From the IMG/VR virus record IMGVR_UViG_2537561930_000012: DNA of 33,214 bases. One strand, 5' to 3'. Below, one piece after another: positions 15,714-29,944 of the stretch (its first letter is position 1; every line of letters starts with the position of its first letter). This DNA comes from a virus. Its lineage: Duplodnaviria > Heunggongvirae > Uroviricota > Caudoviricetes. The notes under the pieces were generated by a model. That model ran no database searches, had not been told where the DNA came from, and saw only the letters and a list, made by a program, of their open reading frames with translations. Both the position numbers and the translations under genes were made by a program.

Positions 15714-18700
15714 TTTGGGGATTGATGCGGCAGAGTTTAAAAATGAAATTCCCCGTATCAAAAACCTTCTGAATGGTGCAGCCAGCGATGCAGAACGGTC
15801 TTCTGCCCGTATGCAGCGTTTTATGGAGCGTCAGACTCAGGCCGCCCGGCAGACAACGCAGGCGGCTTCTTCGGCTGCAACAGCCGCCTCCGTCCATGCG
15901 CAGACGGTGGAGAAGAACGCACAGGCTCATGAACGCATGGCCCGCGAGGTGGAGAAAACCCGCCAGCGCATGGAGGCGCTGAGCCAGAAAATGCGCGATG
16001 AACAGGCGCAGGCCATGGCTCTGGCGGAGGCTCAGGATAAAGCGGCTGCTGCGTTTTATCGTCAGATTGACAGTGTGAAACAGGCCAGTGCGGGGCTGCA
16101 GGAATTACAGCGTATTCAGCAGCAGATCCGACAGGCCAGAAACAGTGGCGGGATTGGTCAGCAGGATTATCTGGCGCTGATTTCTGAGGTTACGGCGAAA
16201 ACCCGTGTTCTTACACAGGCTGAGGAAGAGGCTACCCGACAGAAAGTGGCGTTTATCCGTCAGCTTAAAGAGCAGGCAACCCGCCAGAATCTTTCATCTT
16301 CTGAGTTGCTTCGTGCTAAGGCAGCCCAGCTGGGGGTAAGCAGTGCTGCAGAAGTGTATATCCGCAAAATGGAGCAGGCAGGAAAAGCCACGCATTCGCT
16401 GGGTCTGAAAAGTGCAGCAGCCCGCCAGGAGATAGGCGTTCTGATAGGTGAACTGGCCCGCGGCAATTTAGGGGCGCTGAGGGGATCCGGGATAACGCTG
16501 GCTAACCGTGCCGGATGGATAGACACACTGATGTCACCGAAAGGCATGATGCTTGGCGGGGTTATTGGCGGTATTGCCGCGGCCGTCTATGGTCTGGGTA
16601 AAGCCTGGTATGACGGTCAGAAGGAGGGGGAAGAATTTAACCGCCAGTTGTCGCTGACGGGGCATTATGCCGGAGTTACTGCCGGGCAGCTGTGGACGCT
16701 CAGTCGTGCTATTTCCGGGAATGGTATCACGCAACATGCTGCAGCCGGTGCGCTGGCTCAGGTGGTGGGGAGTGGTGCATTTCGTGGAAACGATATCGGT
16801 ATGGTGGCGAGAGCTGCCGCACAGATGGAGCGATCGGTTGGCCAGTCGGTCAGCGATACCATAAATCAGTTTAAGCGGCTGAAGGATGATCCTGTAAATG
16901 CCGCGAAGGCTCTGGACAATGAGCTGCATTTTCTTACTGCCACTCAGCTTGAGCAGATACGCGTCCTTGGGGAGCAGGGGCGGTCCAGTGATGCTGCACG
17001 GATAGCCATGTCTGCACTGGCAGAGGAAACCGGTCGGCGTACTGCGGATATTGATAATAACCTCAATGCGCTTGGCAGTACGCTGAAGTATCTGTCTGAT
17101 TTGTGGAGTCGTTTCTGGGATGCGGCCATGAATATTGGTCGTGAAGACTCGCTGGATGAACAGATTGCCGCTTTACAGGAGAAAGTGTCGCGGGCGAAAA
17201 GACTCCCCTGGACGGCATCATCTTCTCAGGTTGAATACGATCAGCAGCGTCTTAACGATCTTCAGGAGAAAAAACGCCAGAAGGATTTGCAGGATGCAAA
17301 AGAGCAGGCAGAGCGGAATTATCAGGAGCAACAGAAACGCCGTAATGCTGAAAATGCTGCACTGAACCGGATGAATGAAACGGAAGCAGCACGACATCAG
17401 CGTGAAATTGCGCGTATTAATGCCATGCAGTACGCCGATCAGGCTGTCAGGGATGCGGCGATACAACGTGAAAATGAACGTTACGAGAAAGCCCTGGCAT
17501 CCGGTAAGAAAAAAACACGCGAAACCCGTAATGATGAGGCCACCCGGTTATTGCTGCAGTACAGCCAGCAACAGGCACAGGTGGAAGGACAGATTGCTGC
17601 TGCAAGACAGTCAGCAGGCATTGCCACTGAAAAGATGACAGAAGCGCATAAACAGCTTCTGGCTCTGCAGCAGCGCATCAGCGATCTGGACGGGAAAAAA
17701 CTGACGGCAGATGAAAAGAGTGTGCTGGCCCGTAAAGATGAACTGATTCAGGCACTGACGCTGCTGGATGTAAAACAGCAGGAGCTTCAGAAACAGACGG
17801 CACTCAACGATCTGAAGAAAAAAACAATTCAGCTGACCAGTCAACTGGCTGAAGAAGAGCGCGCTCAGCGTCAGCAACATGACCTGGATATCGCCACGGT
17901 GGGTATGGGTGATCAGCAGCGGCAGCGATATCAGGTACAACTGAGCCTTCGCCAGAAATACCAGCAACAGCTGGAGCAGTTGAGGCGGGATAGTGAGCAG
18001 AAAGGGACATATAACACGGATGACTACAGAAAGGCCGAGCAGGCGCTGACGGAGAGCCTGAACAGGCAACTGAATGAGAATCGCCGTTACTGGCAACAGC
18101 TTGAAATTGCTCAGGGTAACTGGAAAAACGGTGCCATGCGGGCGTTTCAGAATTTCACGGCAGATGCGGATAATGCGGCAGGCACTGCGGAGCAGATGCT
18201 TACAGCGGCATTTAACAGTGCAGGTAATGCACTGGCTACATTCTGTACCACCGGAAAACTGAACTTCAAATCTTTTACCGCCTCGCTCCTTTCTGATCTG
18301 GCAAAAATCATGGCTCAGATGTCCATGATGCAGGCAGTTAAGGGGATTGGTTCGGCGTTTGGCTGGGGGAGTGCAGCAACTGCCAGTGTGACGCCCAATG
18401 CTGATGGTGGTGTTTATCAGTCTGCTGATTTGAGTCGCTACAGTGGCACGGTGGTTAACCGTCCGACGTTTTTTGCTTTTGCAAAAGGTGCAGGTGTGAT
18501 GGGGGAAGCTGGGCCTGAAGCCATTCTGCCTCTGCGTCGTGGTGCTGACGGTAAGCTGGGGGTTGTGGCGGATATTGGTGGTTCAGGTATGGCGATGTTT
18601 GCCCCGCAGTACAACATCGAGATCAATAACGATGGCACGAACGGGCAGATAGGTCCGGCTGCCCTGAAGGTGGTTTATGACCTCGGGAAAAAAGCAGCAG

Positions 18701-18759
18701 CGGACTTTATGCAACAGCAGGCCCGTGATGGTGGTCGGTTAAGTGGAGCATATCGGTAA
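15685..18759 (+). CDS. H: Tail tape measure protein gpH
   Basis: About 1024 aa from ATG 15685 (SD GGAGGTG); long coiled-coil Q/A/R-rich region; position between G/T and M. Confidence 0.9.
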   Translation: MDQIANLVIDLGIDAAEFKNEIPRIKNLLNGAASDAERSSARMQRFMERQTQAARQTTQAASSAATAASVHAQTVEKNAQAHERMAREVEKTRQRMEALSQKMRDEQAQAMALAEAQDKAAAAFYRQIDSVKQASAGLQELQRIQQQIRQARNSGGIGQQDYLALISEVTAKTRVLTQAEEEATRQKVAFIRQLKEQATRQNLSSSELLRAKAAQLGVSSAAEVYIRKMEQAGKATHSLGLKSAAARQEIGVLIGELARGNLGALRGSGITLANRAGWIDTLMSPKGMMLGGVIGGIAAAVYGLGKAWYDGQKEGEEFNRQLSLTGHYAGVTAGQLWTLSRAISGNGITQHAAAGALAQVVGSGAFRGNDIGMVARAAAQMERSVGQSVSDTINQFKRLKDDPVNAAKALDNELHFLTATQLEQIRVLGEQGRSSDAARIAMSALAEETGRRTADIDNNLNALGSTLKYLSDLWSRFWDAAMNIGREDSLDEQIAALQEKVSRAKRLPWTASSSQVEYDQQRLNDLQEKKRQKDLQDAKEQAERNYQEQQKRRNAENAALNRMNETEAARHQREIARINAMQYADQAVRDAAIQRENERYEKALASGKKKTRETRNDEATRLLLQYSQQQAQVEGQIAAARQSAGIATEKMTEAHKQLLALQQRISDLDGKKLTADEKSVLARKDELIQALTLLDVKQQELQKQTALNDLKKKTIQLTSQLAEEERAQRQQHDLDIATVGMGDQQRQRYQVQLSLRQKYQQQLEQLRRDSEQKGTYNTDDYRKAEQALTESLNRQLNENRRYWQQLEIAQGNWKNGAMRAFQNFTADADNAAGTAEQMLTAAFNSAGNALATFCTTGKLNFKSFTASLLSDLAKIMAQMSMMQAVKGIGSAFGWGSAATASVTPNADGGVYQSADLSRYSGTVVNRPTFFAFAKGAGVMGEAGPEAILPLRRGADGKLGVVADIGGSGMAMFAPQYNIEINNDGTNGQIGPAALKVVYDLGKKAAADFMQQQARDGGRLSGAYR

Positions 18760-19088
18760 TGGAGACGTTTCACTGGAAAGTGCGCCCGGATATGAATGTG
18801 GTATCAGAGCCGAAAGTGGTGACAGTGAAGCTGGGCGATGGTTATGAACAGCGTCGTGCGGCGGGACTGAATAACCAGTTGTCGACTTACAGCGTGACGA
18901 TACGTGTTCGTAAATGTGAACACCCATCTTTAAAAGCCTTTCTGGAACGGCACGGTGGCGTCCGCGCATTTCAGTGGACGCCACCTTATGACTGGAAACC
19001 GATTAGGGTGGTTTGTCGTAAATGGTCGGCAAGCGTGGGGGCGCTGTGGGTAACCATAACGGCAGATTTTGAACAGGTCGTGGCATAG
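18759..19088 (+). CDS. M: Minor tail protein gpM
   Basis: 109 aa, lambda M-like; start overlaps H stop (TAATG). Confidence 0.9.
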   Translation: METFHWKVRPDMNVVSEPKVVTVKLGDGYEQRRAAGLNNQLSTYSVTIRVRKCEHPSLKAFLERHGGVRAFQWTPPYDWKPIRVVCRKWSASVGALWVTITADFEQVVA

Positions 19089-19097
19089 GAGGCTCTG

Positions 19098-19796
19098 ATG
19101 CAGGATATTCCACAGGAAACACATCATGAGACGACACGCCTCACTCAGTCAGCCCAGGTGGTGCTCTGGGAAATCGATCTGACAGTGGTCGGTGGAGAAC
19201 GTTATTTTTTCTGTAATGAGCAGAACGAAAAAGGTGAGCCGGTCACCTGGCAGGGGCGACAGTATCAGGCGTATCCCATTCAGGGGACGGGATTTGAACT
19301 GAACGGCAAGGGCAGTGCTGCCCGTCCGACACTGACGGTTTCTAACCTGCACGGCATGGTCACCGGGATGGCGGAAGACCTGCAGAGTCTGGTCGGAGGA
19401 ACGGTGGTCCGGCGTAAGGTTTACGCCCGTTTTCTGGATGCGGTGAACTTCGTCAACGGAAACAGTGACGCCGATCCGGAGCAGGAGGTGATCAGCCGCT
19501 GGCGCATCGAGCAGTGCAGTGAACTGAGTGCGGTGAGTGCCTCTTTTGTACTGTCCACGCCGACGGAAACGGACGGTGCCGTTTTTCCGGGACGTATCAT
19601 GCTGGCCAACACCTGCACCTGGACCTATCGCGGTGATGAGTGCGGTTATCACGGTCTGGCGGTCGCGGATGAATATGACCAGCCAACGTCCGATATCACG
19701 AAGGATAAATGTAGCAAATGCCTGAGCGGTTGTAAGTTCCGCAATAACGTCGGCAACTTTGGCGGCTTCCTTTCCATTAACAAACTTTCGCAGTAA
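19098..19796 (+). CDS. L: Minor tail protein gpL
   Basis: 232 aa, lambda L-like, with C-terminal Cys cluster (CSKCLSGC). Confidence 0.9.
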   Translation: MQDIPQETHHETTRLTQSAQVVLWEIDLTVVGGERYFFCNEQNEKGEPVTWQGRQYQAYPIQGTGFELNGKGSAARPTLTVSNLHGMVTGMAEDLQSLVGGTVVRRKVYARFLDAVNFVNGNSDADPEQEVISRWRIEQCSELSAVSASFVLSTPTETDGAVFPGRIMLANTCTWTYRGDECGYHGLAVADEYDQPTSDITKDKCSKCLSGCKFRNNVGNFGGFLSINKLSQ

Positions 19797-19801
19797 ATCC
19801 C

Positions 19802-20545
19802 ATGACACAGACAGAATCAGCGATTCTGGCGCACGCCCGGCGATGTGCGCCAGCGGAATCGTGCGGCTTCGTGGTGAGAACGCCGGAGGGGGAAAGATAT
19901 TTTCCCTGCGTGAATATCTCCGGTGAGCCGGAGGCGTATTTCCGGATGTCGCCGGAGGACTGGCTGCGGGCAGAGATGCAGGGTGAGATTGTGGCGCTGG
20001 TCCACAGCCACCCCGGTGGTCTGCCCTGGCTGAGTGAGGCTGACAGGCGGCTGCAGGTGCAGAGCGATTTGCCTTGGTGGCTGGTCTGCCGGGGTGAGAT
20101 TCATAAATTCCGCAGTGTGCCGCATCTCACCGGGCGGCGCTTTGAGCACGGGGTGACGGACTGTTACACGCTGTTCCGGGATGCTTATCATCTGGCGGGG
20201 ATTGAGATGCCGGATTTTCATCGCGGGGATGACTGGTGGCGTCACGGTCAGAATCTCTATCTGGATAATCTGGAGGCCACAGGGCTGTATCAGGTGCCGT
20301 TGTCAGCGGCGCAGCCGGGCGATGTGCTGCTGTGCTGTTTTGGTTCATCGGTGCCGAATCATGCCGCCATTTACTGTGGTGACGGCGAGCTGCTGCACCA
20401 TATTCCTGAACAACTGAGCAAACGAGAGAGGTATACCGACAAATGGCAGCGACGCACACACTCCCTCTGGCGTCACCGGGCATGGCACGCATCTGCCTTT
20501 ACGGGGATTTGCAACGATTTGGCCGCCGCATCGACCTTCGTGTGA
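19802..20545 (+). CDS. K: Tail assembly protein gpK (MPN/JAMM plus NlpC/P60 domains)
   Basis: 247-aa ORF with HSHPGG (JAMM-like) and a Cys/His NlpC/P60-like C-terminal region (DCYTLF ... NHAAIY); overlaps start of I. Confidence 0.85.
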   Translation: MTQTESAILAHARRCAPAESCGFVVRTPEGERYFPCVNISGEPEAYFRMSPEDWLRAEMQGEIVALVHSHPGGLPWLSEADRRLQVQSDLPWWLVCRGEIHKFRSVPHLTGRRFEHGVTDCYTLFRDAYHLAGIEMPDFHRGDDWWRHGQNLYLDNLEATGLYQVPLSAAQPGDVLLCCFGSSVPNHAAIYCGDGELLHHIPEQLSKRERYTDKWQRRTHSLWRHRAWHASAFTGICNDLAAASTFV

Positions 20546-21091
20546 AAACGGGGGCCGAAGCCATCCGGGCGCTGGCCACACAGCTCCCGGCGTTTCGTCA
20601 GAAACTGAATGACGGCTGGTATCAGGTGCGCATTGCCGGGCGTGATGCAGGTGAAACCGAATTATCTGCCCGTCTTAATGAGCCGCTGGCAAATGGTGCC
20701 GTGATCCATATCGTGCCGCGTCTGGCGGGAGCTAAAAGTGGCGGTGTGTTTCAGGTGGTGCTGGGGGCGGCGTTGATTGCGGTGGCATGGTGGAACCCTG
20801 TGGGCTGGCTGGGTGCCGCGGCTGTATCGGGCATGTATGCGGCAGGGGCCAGTATGATCCTGGGCGGTGTGGCGCAGATGCTGGCACCGAAAGCCAGAAC
20901 GTCCCCGTACACAGACAACGGATAACGGCAAACAGAACACCTATTTCTCCTCACTGGATAACATGGTTGCCCAGGGCAATGTTCTGCCGGTTCTGTACGG
21001 TGAAATGCGCGTGGGGTCGCGGGTGGTCTCTCAGGAGATCAGCACGGCAGACGAAGGGGATGGTGGTCAGGTTGTGGTGATTGGTCGCTGA
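20443..21091 (+). pseudogene. I: Tail assembly protein gpI, interrupted by an apparent +1 frameshift near 20902 (N-terminal 160-aa ORF 20443-20925; C-terminal conserved segment continues in another frame to 21091)
   Basis: N-terminal frame ends ...LAPKARTSPYTDNG*; the conserved C-terminus ...TTDNGKQNTYFSSLDNMVAQGNVLPVLYGEMRVGSRVVSQEISTADEGDGGQVVVIGR is in the +1 frame; junction at a CCCC run. Confidence 0.6.
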
Positions 21092-21150
21092 TGAAAAACG
21101 TTTATGTGAAACCGCCTCCGGGCGGTTTTGTCGTTTATGGAGCGTGAGGA

Positions 21151-24548
<3,398 letters not shown>

Positions 24549-24566
24549 ATTTTATAACCCAGAACG

Positions 24567-24592
24567 GGCGTCAGAAATGACGCCTTTTTTAT
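24567..24592 (+). terminator. Intrinsic terminator after J
   Basis: 7-bp stem ggcgtca-gaaa-tgacgcc followed by TTTTTTATT. Confidence 0.5.
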
Positions 24593-24614
24593 TGCAGAAA
24601 AGCGAGAGGTAATT

Positions 24615-25214
24615 ATGCGTAAACTTTATGCCGCCATTTTGTCCGCAGCCATTTGTCTGGCCGTATCCGGTGCGCCTGCATGGGCGTCTGAACATCAGTC
24701 CACGCTGAGCGCGGGGTATCTTCATGCCCGGACGAACGTTCCCGGCAGTGATGATCTGAACGGGATTAACGTGAAATACCGTTATGAGTTTACGGACACA
24801 CTGGGGATGGTGACGTCGTTCAGCTATGCAGGAGACAAGAATCGCCAGCTGACCCGTTACAGCGATACCCGCTGGCATGAAGATTCCGTGCGTAACCGCT
24901 GGTTCAGCGTGATGGCGGGGCCGTCTGTGCGCGTGAATGAATGGTTCAGCGCGTATGCGATGGCGGGTGTGGCTTACAGCCGTGTGTCGACTTTCTCCGG
25001 GGATTATCTGCAGGTGACCGACAATACGGGGAAAACGCACGACGTGCTGACCGGAAGTGATGACGGTCGCCACAGCAACACGTCTCTGGCGTGGGGGGCT
25101 GGCGTGCAGTTTAACCCGACCGAATCCGTGGCCATTGATATTGCTTATGAAGGCTCCGGCAGTGGTGACTGGCGCACTGACGGTTTCATCGTGGGTGTCG
25201 GTTATAAATTCTGA
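24615..25214 (+). CDS. lom: Outer membrane beta-barrel protein Lom (Ail/Lom family)
   Basis: 199-aa ORF with signal peptide (AVSGAPAWA), alternating beta-strand pattern and C-terminal ...GVGYKF; flanked by terminators. Confidence 0.9.
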   Translation: MRKLYAAILSAAICLAVSGAPAWASEHQSTLSAGYLHARTNVPGSDDLNGINVKYRYEFTDTLGMVTSFSYAGDKNRQLTRYSDTRWHEDSVRNRWFSVMAGPSVRVNEWFSAYAMAGVAYSRVSTFSGDYLQVTDNTGKTHDVLTGSDDGRHSNTSLAWGAGVQFNPTESVAIDIAYEGSGSGDWRTDGFIVGVGYKF

Positions 25215-25240
25215 TTAGCCAGGTAACACAGTGTTATGAC

Positions 25241-25268
25241 AGCCCGCCGGTTCAGGCGGGCTTTTTTG
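25241..25268 (+). terminator. Intrinsic terminator after lom
   Basis: 8-bp stem agcccgcc / ggcgggct with 6-nt loop followed by T6. Confidence 0.5.
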
Positions 25269-25278
25269 TGGGGTGAAT

Positions 25279-28200
25279 ATGGCAGTAAAGATTTCAGGTG
25301 TACTGAAAGACGGCACAGGAAAACCGGTACAGAACTGCACAATCCAGCTGAAAGCAAAACGTAACAGCACCACGGTGGTGGTGAACACGCTGGCCTCAGA
25401 AAATCCGGATGAAGCCGGGCGTTACAGCATGGACGTTGAGTACGGTCAGTACAGCGTTATTCTGTTGGTGGAAGGCTTCCCGCCGTCACATGCCGGGACC
25501 ATTACCGTGTATGAAGATTCCCGACCCGGTACGCTGAATGATTTTCTCGGTGCCATGACTGAGGATGATGCCCGTCCGGAGGCACTGCGCCGTTTTGAGC
25601 TGATGGTGGAAGAGGTGGCGCGTAACGCGTCCGTGGTGGCACAGAACACGGCAGCCGCGAAGAAGTCAGCCAGTGATGCCAGCACATCAGCCCGTGAGGC
25701 GGCAACCCATGCGACTGATGCTGCAGGCTCAGCACGCGCAGCCAGCACGTCAGCCGGACAGGCCGCGTCGTCGGCTCAGTCAGCGACTTCCAGCGCAGGA
25801 ACGGCATCAACAAAGGCCACTGAAGCATCAAAAAGTGCTGCCGCTGCAGAGTCCTCAAAAAGCGCGGCAGCTACCAGTGCCAGTGCCGCGAAAACGTCAG
25901 AAACGAATGCGGCAGCGTCACAAAAATCTGCAGCCACTTCTGCATCCGCCGCGACCACAAAGGCGTCAGAAGCTGCCACCTCAGCCCGGGATGCGGCGGC
26001 CTCAAAAGAGGCAGCGAAATCATCAGAAACGAACGCATCATCAAGCGCCAGTAGTGCCGCTTCCTCGGCAACGGCGGCAGGAAATTCCGCGAAGGCGGCA
26101 AAGACGTCCGAGACGAACGCCAGGTCTTCTGAAACGGCAGCGGGACAGAGTGCCTCAGCTGCGGCAGGCTCAAAAACAGCGGCTGCGTCGTCTGCCAGTG
26201 CCGCGTCAACAAGTGCCGGGCAGGCCTCAGCCAGTGCCACCGCCGCCGGAAAATCGGCAGAAAGTGCTGCATCGTCCGCTTCAACAGCCACAACGAAGGC
26301 TGGCGAAGCCGCTGTACAGGCCAGTGCAGCAGCGAGGGCTGCTTCCGCAGCGAAGACATCCGAAACGAACGCGAAAGCGTCGGAAACCAGCGCAGAATCC
26401 TCAAAAACGGCTGCCGCATCGTCCGCCAGTTCGGCGGCGTCATCGGCATCATCTGCGTCTGCTTCAAAAGATGAGGCGACCAGACAGGCGTCAGCAGCGA
26501 GGGGCAGCGCCACGACGGCATCCACGAAGGCGACAGAGGCTGCTGGCAGTGCGGCAGCGGCAGCACAGAGCAAAAGTACGGCAGAATCCGCAGCAACGCG
26601 CGCTGAGACAGCGGCAAAACGTGCAGAGGATATTGCATCCGCCGTGGCGCTTGAGGATGCAAGTACGACGAAAAAGGGGATAGTACAGCTCAGCAGTGCG
26701 ACCAACAGTACGTCTGAAACGCTGGCGGCAACGCCAAAGGCAGTAAAATCAGCCTATGACAATGCAGAGAAACGTCTGCAGAAAGACCAGAACGGCGCTG
26801 ATATACCCGATAAGGGACGCTTCCTGAACAACATTAACGCGGTCAGTAAAACAGACTTTGCTGATAAGCGTGGTATGCGTTATGTGCGGGTTAACGCTCC
26901 TGCAGGTGCAACATCTGGAAAATATTACCCTGTTGTTGTTATGCGTTCTGCTGGCTCAGTAAGCGAACTGGCATCAAGGGTCATTATCACCACGGCAACG
27001 CGAACCGCAGGCGATCCGATGAATAACTGCGAGTTTAACGGATTTGTTATGCCTGGTGGCTGGACTGACAGGGGGCGTTATGCTTATGGCATGTTCTGGC
27101 AATATCAAAACAATGAACGAGCCATTCACTCAATAATGATGAGTAATAAGGGCGATGATTTGCGCTCTGTGTTCTATGTTGATGGCGCTGCTTTCCCTGT
27201 TTTTGCGTTTATCGAAGATGGCCTGTCAATATCCGCACCTGGTGCTGATCTCGTTGTTAATGATACGACCTATAAGTTTGGGGCAACAAATCCGGCGACT
27301 GAATGTATCGCGGCGGACGTTATCCTTGATTTTAAGAGTGGGCGTGGTTTTTATGAGTCTCATTCGTTAATCGTTAACGATAACTTGTCGTGCAAAAAAC
27401 TTTTTGCCACAGACGAAATTGTAGCGCGTGGTGGTAATCAGATTCGAATGATAGGTGGGGAGTATGGTGCATTATGGCGTAATGATGGCGCTAAAACTTA
27501 CCTGCTGCTTACCAATCAAGGTGATGTTTATGGTGGCTGGAATACATTAAGACCGTTTGCTATTGATAACGCAACCGGCGAACTGATTATTGGAACCAAA
27601 CTGTCCGCAAGTCTGAACGGTAATGCATTAACAGCAACAAAGCTGCAAACGCCAAGACTGGTTTCTGGTGTTGAGTTTGATGGTTCCAAAGATATTACTT
27701 TAACCGCTGCGCATGTGGCTGCTTTTGCCAGAAGGGCAACTGATACATATGCCGATGCGGATGGTGGCGTTCCCTGGAATGCCGAATCAGGCGCTTACAA
27801 TGTCACCCGCTCTGGCGACAGCTATATTCTGGTTAACTTCTATACCGGAGTCGGAAGTTGCCGGACCCTGCAGATGAAGGCGCATTACAGAAATGGAGGT
27901 CTGTTCTACCGTTCCTCAAGAGATGGCTATGGTTTTGAGGAAGACTGGGCAGAAGTTTATACCTCGAAAAATCTTCCACCAGAAAGCTACCCAGTCGGTG
28001 CACCAATCCCGTGGCCATCAGATACCGTTCCGTCTGGCTATGCCCTGATGCAGGGGCAGACTTTTGACAAATCTGCATACCCGAAACTTGCAGCGGCTTA
28101 TCCGTCAGGCGTTATTCCTGATATGCGTGGCTGGACGATTAAGGGCAAGCCCGCCAGTGGTCGTGCCGTATTGTCTCAGGAACAGGACGGCATTAAATCG

Positions 28201-28677
28201 CACACCCACAGCGCCAGCGCATCCAGTACGGATTTGGGGACGAAAACCACATCGTCGTTTGATTACGGCACTAAATCCACGAATAACACCGGGGCTCATA
28301 CGCATAGTCTGAGCGGCTCTACAAGCTCGGCTGGAGCACACTCGCACGTTGATGGGCGCAGGTTTAATACAAGCACTTTTAAAGACACCTATCAGTATGG
28401 TTCTACAGCTGTCGGAAGTAACTCATACCAGGTACAAGGGGCGGTTGGTCTGGGCGTTGGTACGATGGCGAATACGAACTCTGCTGGCGCGCACACCCAC
28501 TCACTGTCCGGCACTGCTGCAAGCGCAGGCGCACACGCACATACTGTCGGTATTGGTGCACACACGCACTCCGTTGCGATTGGTTCACATGGACACACCA
28601 TCACCGTTAACGCTGCTGGTAACGCGGAAAACACCGTCAAAAACATTGCATTTAACTATATTGTGAGGCTTGCATAA
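25279..28677 (+). CDS. stf: Side tail fibre protein Stf (mosaic; expanded Ala/Ser/Thr-rich repeat region and His-rich C-terminal fibre repeats)
   Basis: About 1132 aa from ATG 25279; lambda Stf-like N-terminus ([26 protein letters not shown]...); repeated SETNA motifs; C-terminal GAHTHS-type repeats; ends ...[11 protein letters not shown]. Confidence 0.85.
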   Translation: MAVKISGVLKDGTGKPVQNCTIQLKAKRNSTTVVVNTLASENPDEAGRYSMDVEYGQYSVILLVEGFPPSHAGTITVYEDSRPGTLNDFLGAMTEDDARPEALRRFELMVEEVARNASVVAQNTAAAKKSASDASTSAREAATHATDAAGSARAASTSAGQAASSAQSATSSAGTASTKATEASKSAAAAESSKSAAATSASAAKTSETNAAASQKSAATSASAATTKASEAATSARDAAASKEAAKSSETNASSSASSAASSATAAGNSAKAAKTSETNARSSETAAGQSASAAAGSKTAAASSASAASTSAGQASASATAAGKSAESAASSASTATTKAGEAAVQASAAARAASAAKTSETNAKASETSAESSKTAAASSASSAASSASSASASKDEATRQASAARGSATTASTKATEAAGSAAAAAQSKSTAESAATRAETAAKRAEDIASAVALEDASTTKKGIVQLSSATNSTSETLAATPKAVKSAYDNAEKRLQKDQNGADIPDKGRFLNNINAVSKTDFADKRGMRYVRVNAPAGATSGKYYPVVVMRSAGSVSELASRVIITTATRTAGDPMNNCEFNGFVMPGGWTDRGRYAYGMFWQYQNNERAIHSIMMSNKGDDLRSVFYVDGAAFPVFAFIEDGLSISAPGADLVVNDTTYKFGATNPATECIAADVILDFKSGRGFYESHSLIVNDNLSCKKLFATDEIVARGGNQIRMIGGEYGALWRNDGAKTYLLLTNQGDVYGGWNTLRPFAIDNATGELIIGTKLSASLNGNALTATKLQTPRLVSGVEFDGSKDITLTAAHVAAFARRATDTYADADGGVPWNAESGAYNVTRSGDSYILVNFYTGVGSCRTLQMKAHYRNGGLFYRSSRDGYGFEEDWAEVYTSKNLPPESYPVGAPIPWPSDTVPSGYALMQGQTFDKSAYPKLAAAYPSGVIPDMRGWTIKGKPASGRAVLSQEQDGIKSHTHSASASSTDLGTKTTSSFDYGTKSTNNTGAHTHSLSGSTSSAGAHSHVDGRRFNTSTFKDTYQYGSTAVGSNSYQVQGAVGLGVGTMANTNSAGAHTHSLSGTAASAGAHAHTVGIGAHTHSVAIGSHGHTITVNAAGNAENTVKNIAFNYIVRLA

Positions 28678-29258
28678 TGGCATTCAGAATGAGTGAACAA
28701 GCACGGACCATAAAAATTTATAATCTGCTGGCCGGAACTAATGAATTTATTGGTGAAGGTGATGCATATATTCCGCCTCATACAGGTCTGCCAGCAAACA
28801 GTACCGACATTGCACCGCCAGATATTCCAGCTGGCTTCGTGGCTGTTTTCAACAGTGATGAGTTATCGTGGCATCTCGTTGAAGATCATCGGGGTAAAAC
28901 GGTTTATGACGTGGCTTCCGGCGACGCGTTATTTATTTCTGAACTCGGCTCATTACCGGAAAATGTCACCTGGTTATCCCCGGAAGGGGAGTTTCAGAAG
29001 TGGAACGGCACAGCCTGGGTGAAAGATGCAGAAGCAGAAAAACTATTCCGGATCCGGGAGGCGGAAGAAACAAAAAACAGCCTGATGCAGGCAGCGAATG
29101 AGCATATTGCGCCACTTCAGGATGCTGTAGATCTGGAAATCGCAATGGAGGAAGAAAACTCGTTGCTGGAAGCCTGGAAAAAGTATCGGGTGTTGCTGAA
29201 CCGTGTTAATACAACAACTGCACCGGATATTGAATGGCCAGTAGCACCTATAGGGTAA
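28677..29258 (+). CDS. tfa: Tail fibre assembly protein Tfa
   Basis: 193-aa ORF overlapping stf stop (TAATG); conserved C-terminus ...[31 protein letters not shown]. Confidence 0.85.
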   Translation: MAFRMSEQARTIKIYNLLAGTNEFIGEGDAYIPPHTGLPANSTDIAPPDIPAGFVAVFNSDELSWHLVEDHRGKTVYDVASGDALFISELGSLPENVTWLSPEGEFQKWNGTAWVKDAEAEKLFRIREAEETKNSLMQAANEHIAPLQDAVDLEIAMEEENSLLEAWKKYRVLLNRVNTTTAPDIEWPVAPIG

Positions 29259-29845
29259 ATTCGTAATGATTACCTAAATACGTTATTCTTTTGTTCAAAA
29301 AGTGATTTTGCTATAGGTAGAGAGTATGTTCTTGGATTAAGAATAAAAAATCGCCATGAAAGAGCTTCATGGCGAGTACATAAACGTACAAAATATGATG
29401 AAAGTAGAGCGGCGTAAGCCACTATATTAAGATATGACAATAGCGAAGAAAAGTGAATAACATTTTATGGGCGTTTAATTGTTAATTATAAAAACTAGAG
29501 TGCCCGATATTGTTTATCTTGCTTTAAAATAATGTACTCAAACCAAATTTTTGAGCTAAAAGCTCAAATAATATAAATGCAATGATAATGTTTAATAAGA
29601 CAATTAGCTTGCTTTGTATTTTCATTTCGGAATACTGTTAAGTAACTTTGATGACCCTAACAATAGATCGGAATTTTCTTAGAGTCAATGGTCACTGTAT
29701 TTGCTTGCAAAGCAAATGTTTTGGTGGTTATAAGTTTTCCTAATATAGTCACCTATGCAACTTGTTCCGTGTGGAGATTAAAGGTTAAAATTTAATGCGA
29801 AGATGGAATTATATTATATTTTTTATAATTAATTTAACCTTAACA

Positions 29846-29944
29846 TCGTTGCTGGCGGCATGGAAGAAATATCGGGTCTTGCTGATGTCGTGTTGGCACT
29901 TCCTTAGTGCCGGATATCAAATGGCCAGCTGTACCTGTGGGGTG
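29846..29944 (+). repeat. Decayed second copy of the tfa 3' end (frameshifted remnant)
   Basis: About 75% nucleotide identity to 29160-29258; encodes ...[12 protein letters not shown] then, after a frame change, PDIKWPAVPVG*. Confidence 0.55.

Noticed and set aside
21109-21129. Terminator-like hairpin (ccgcc-tccg-ggcgg plus TTTT) between I and J
   Set aside because: A terminator inside the tail operon just before essential J is unlikely; more probably a weak RNA structure, so not annotated.
25446-26705. Several long ORFs (100-336 aa) in alternative frames and on the minus strand inside stf
   Set aside because: They lie within the Ala/Ser/Thr-rich repeat tract of stf, and their translations are low-complexity Pro/Arg/Gln or Ala-rich strings; repeat-induced artefacts.
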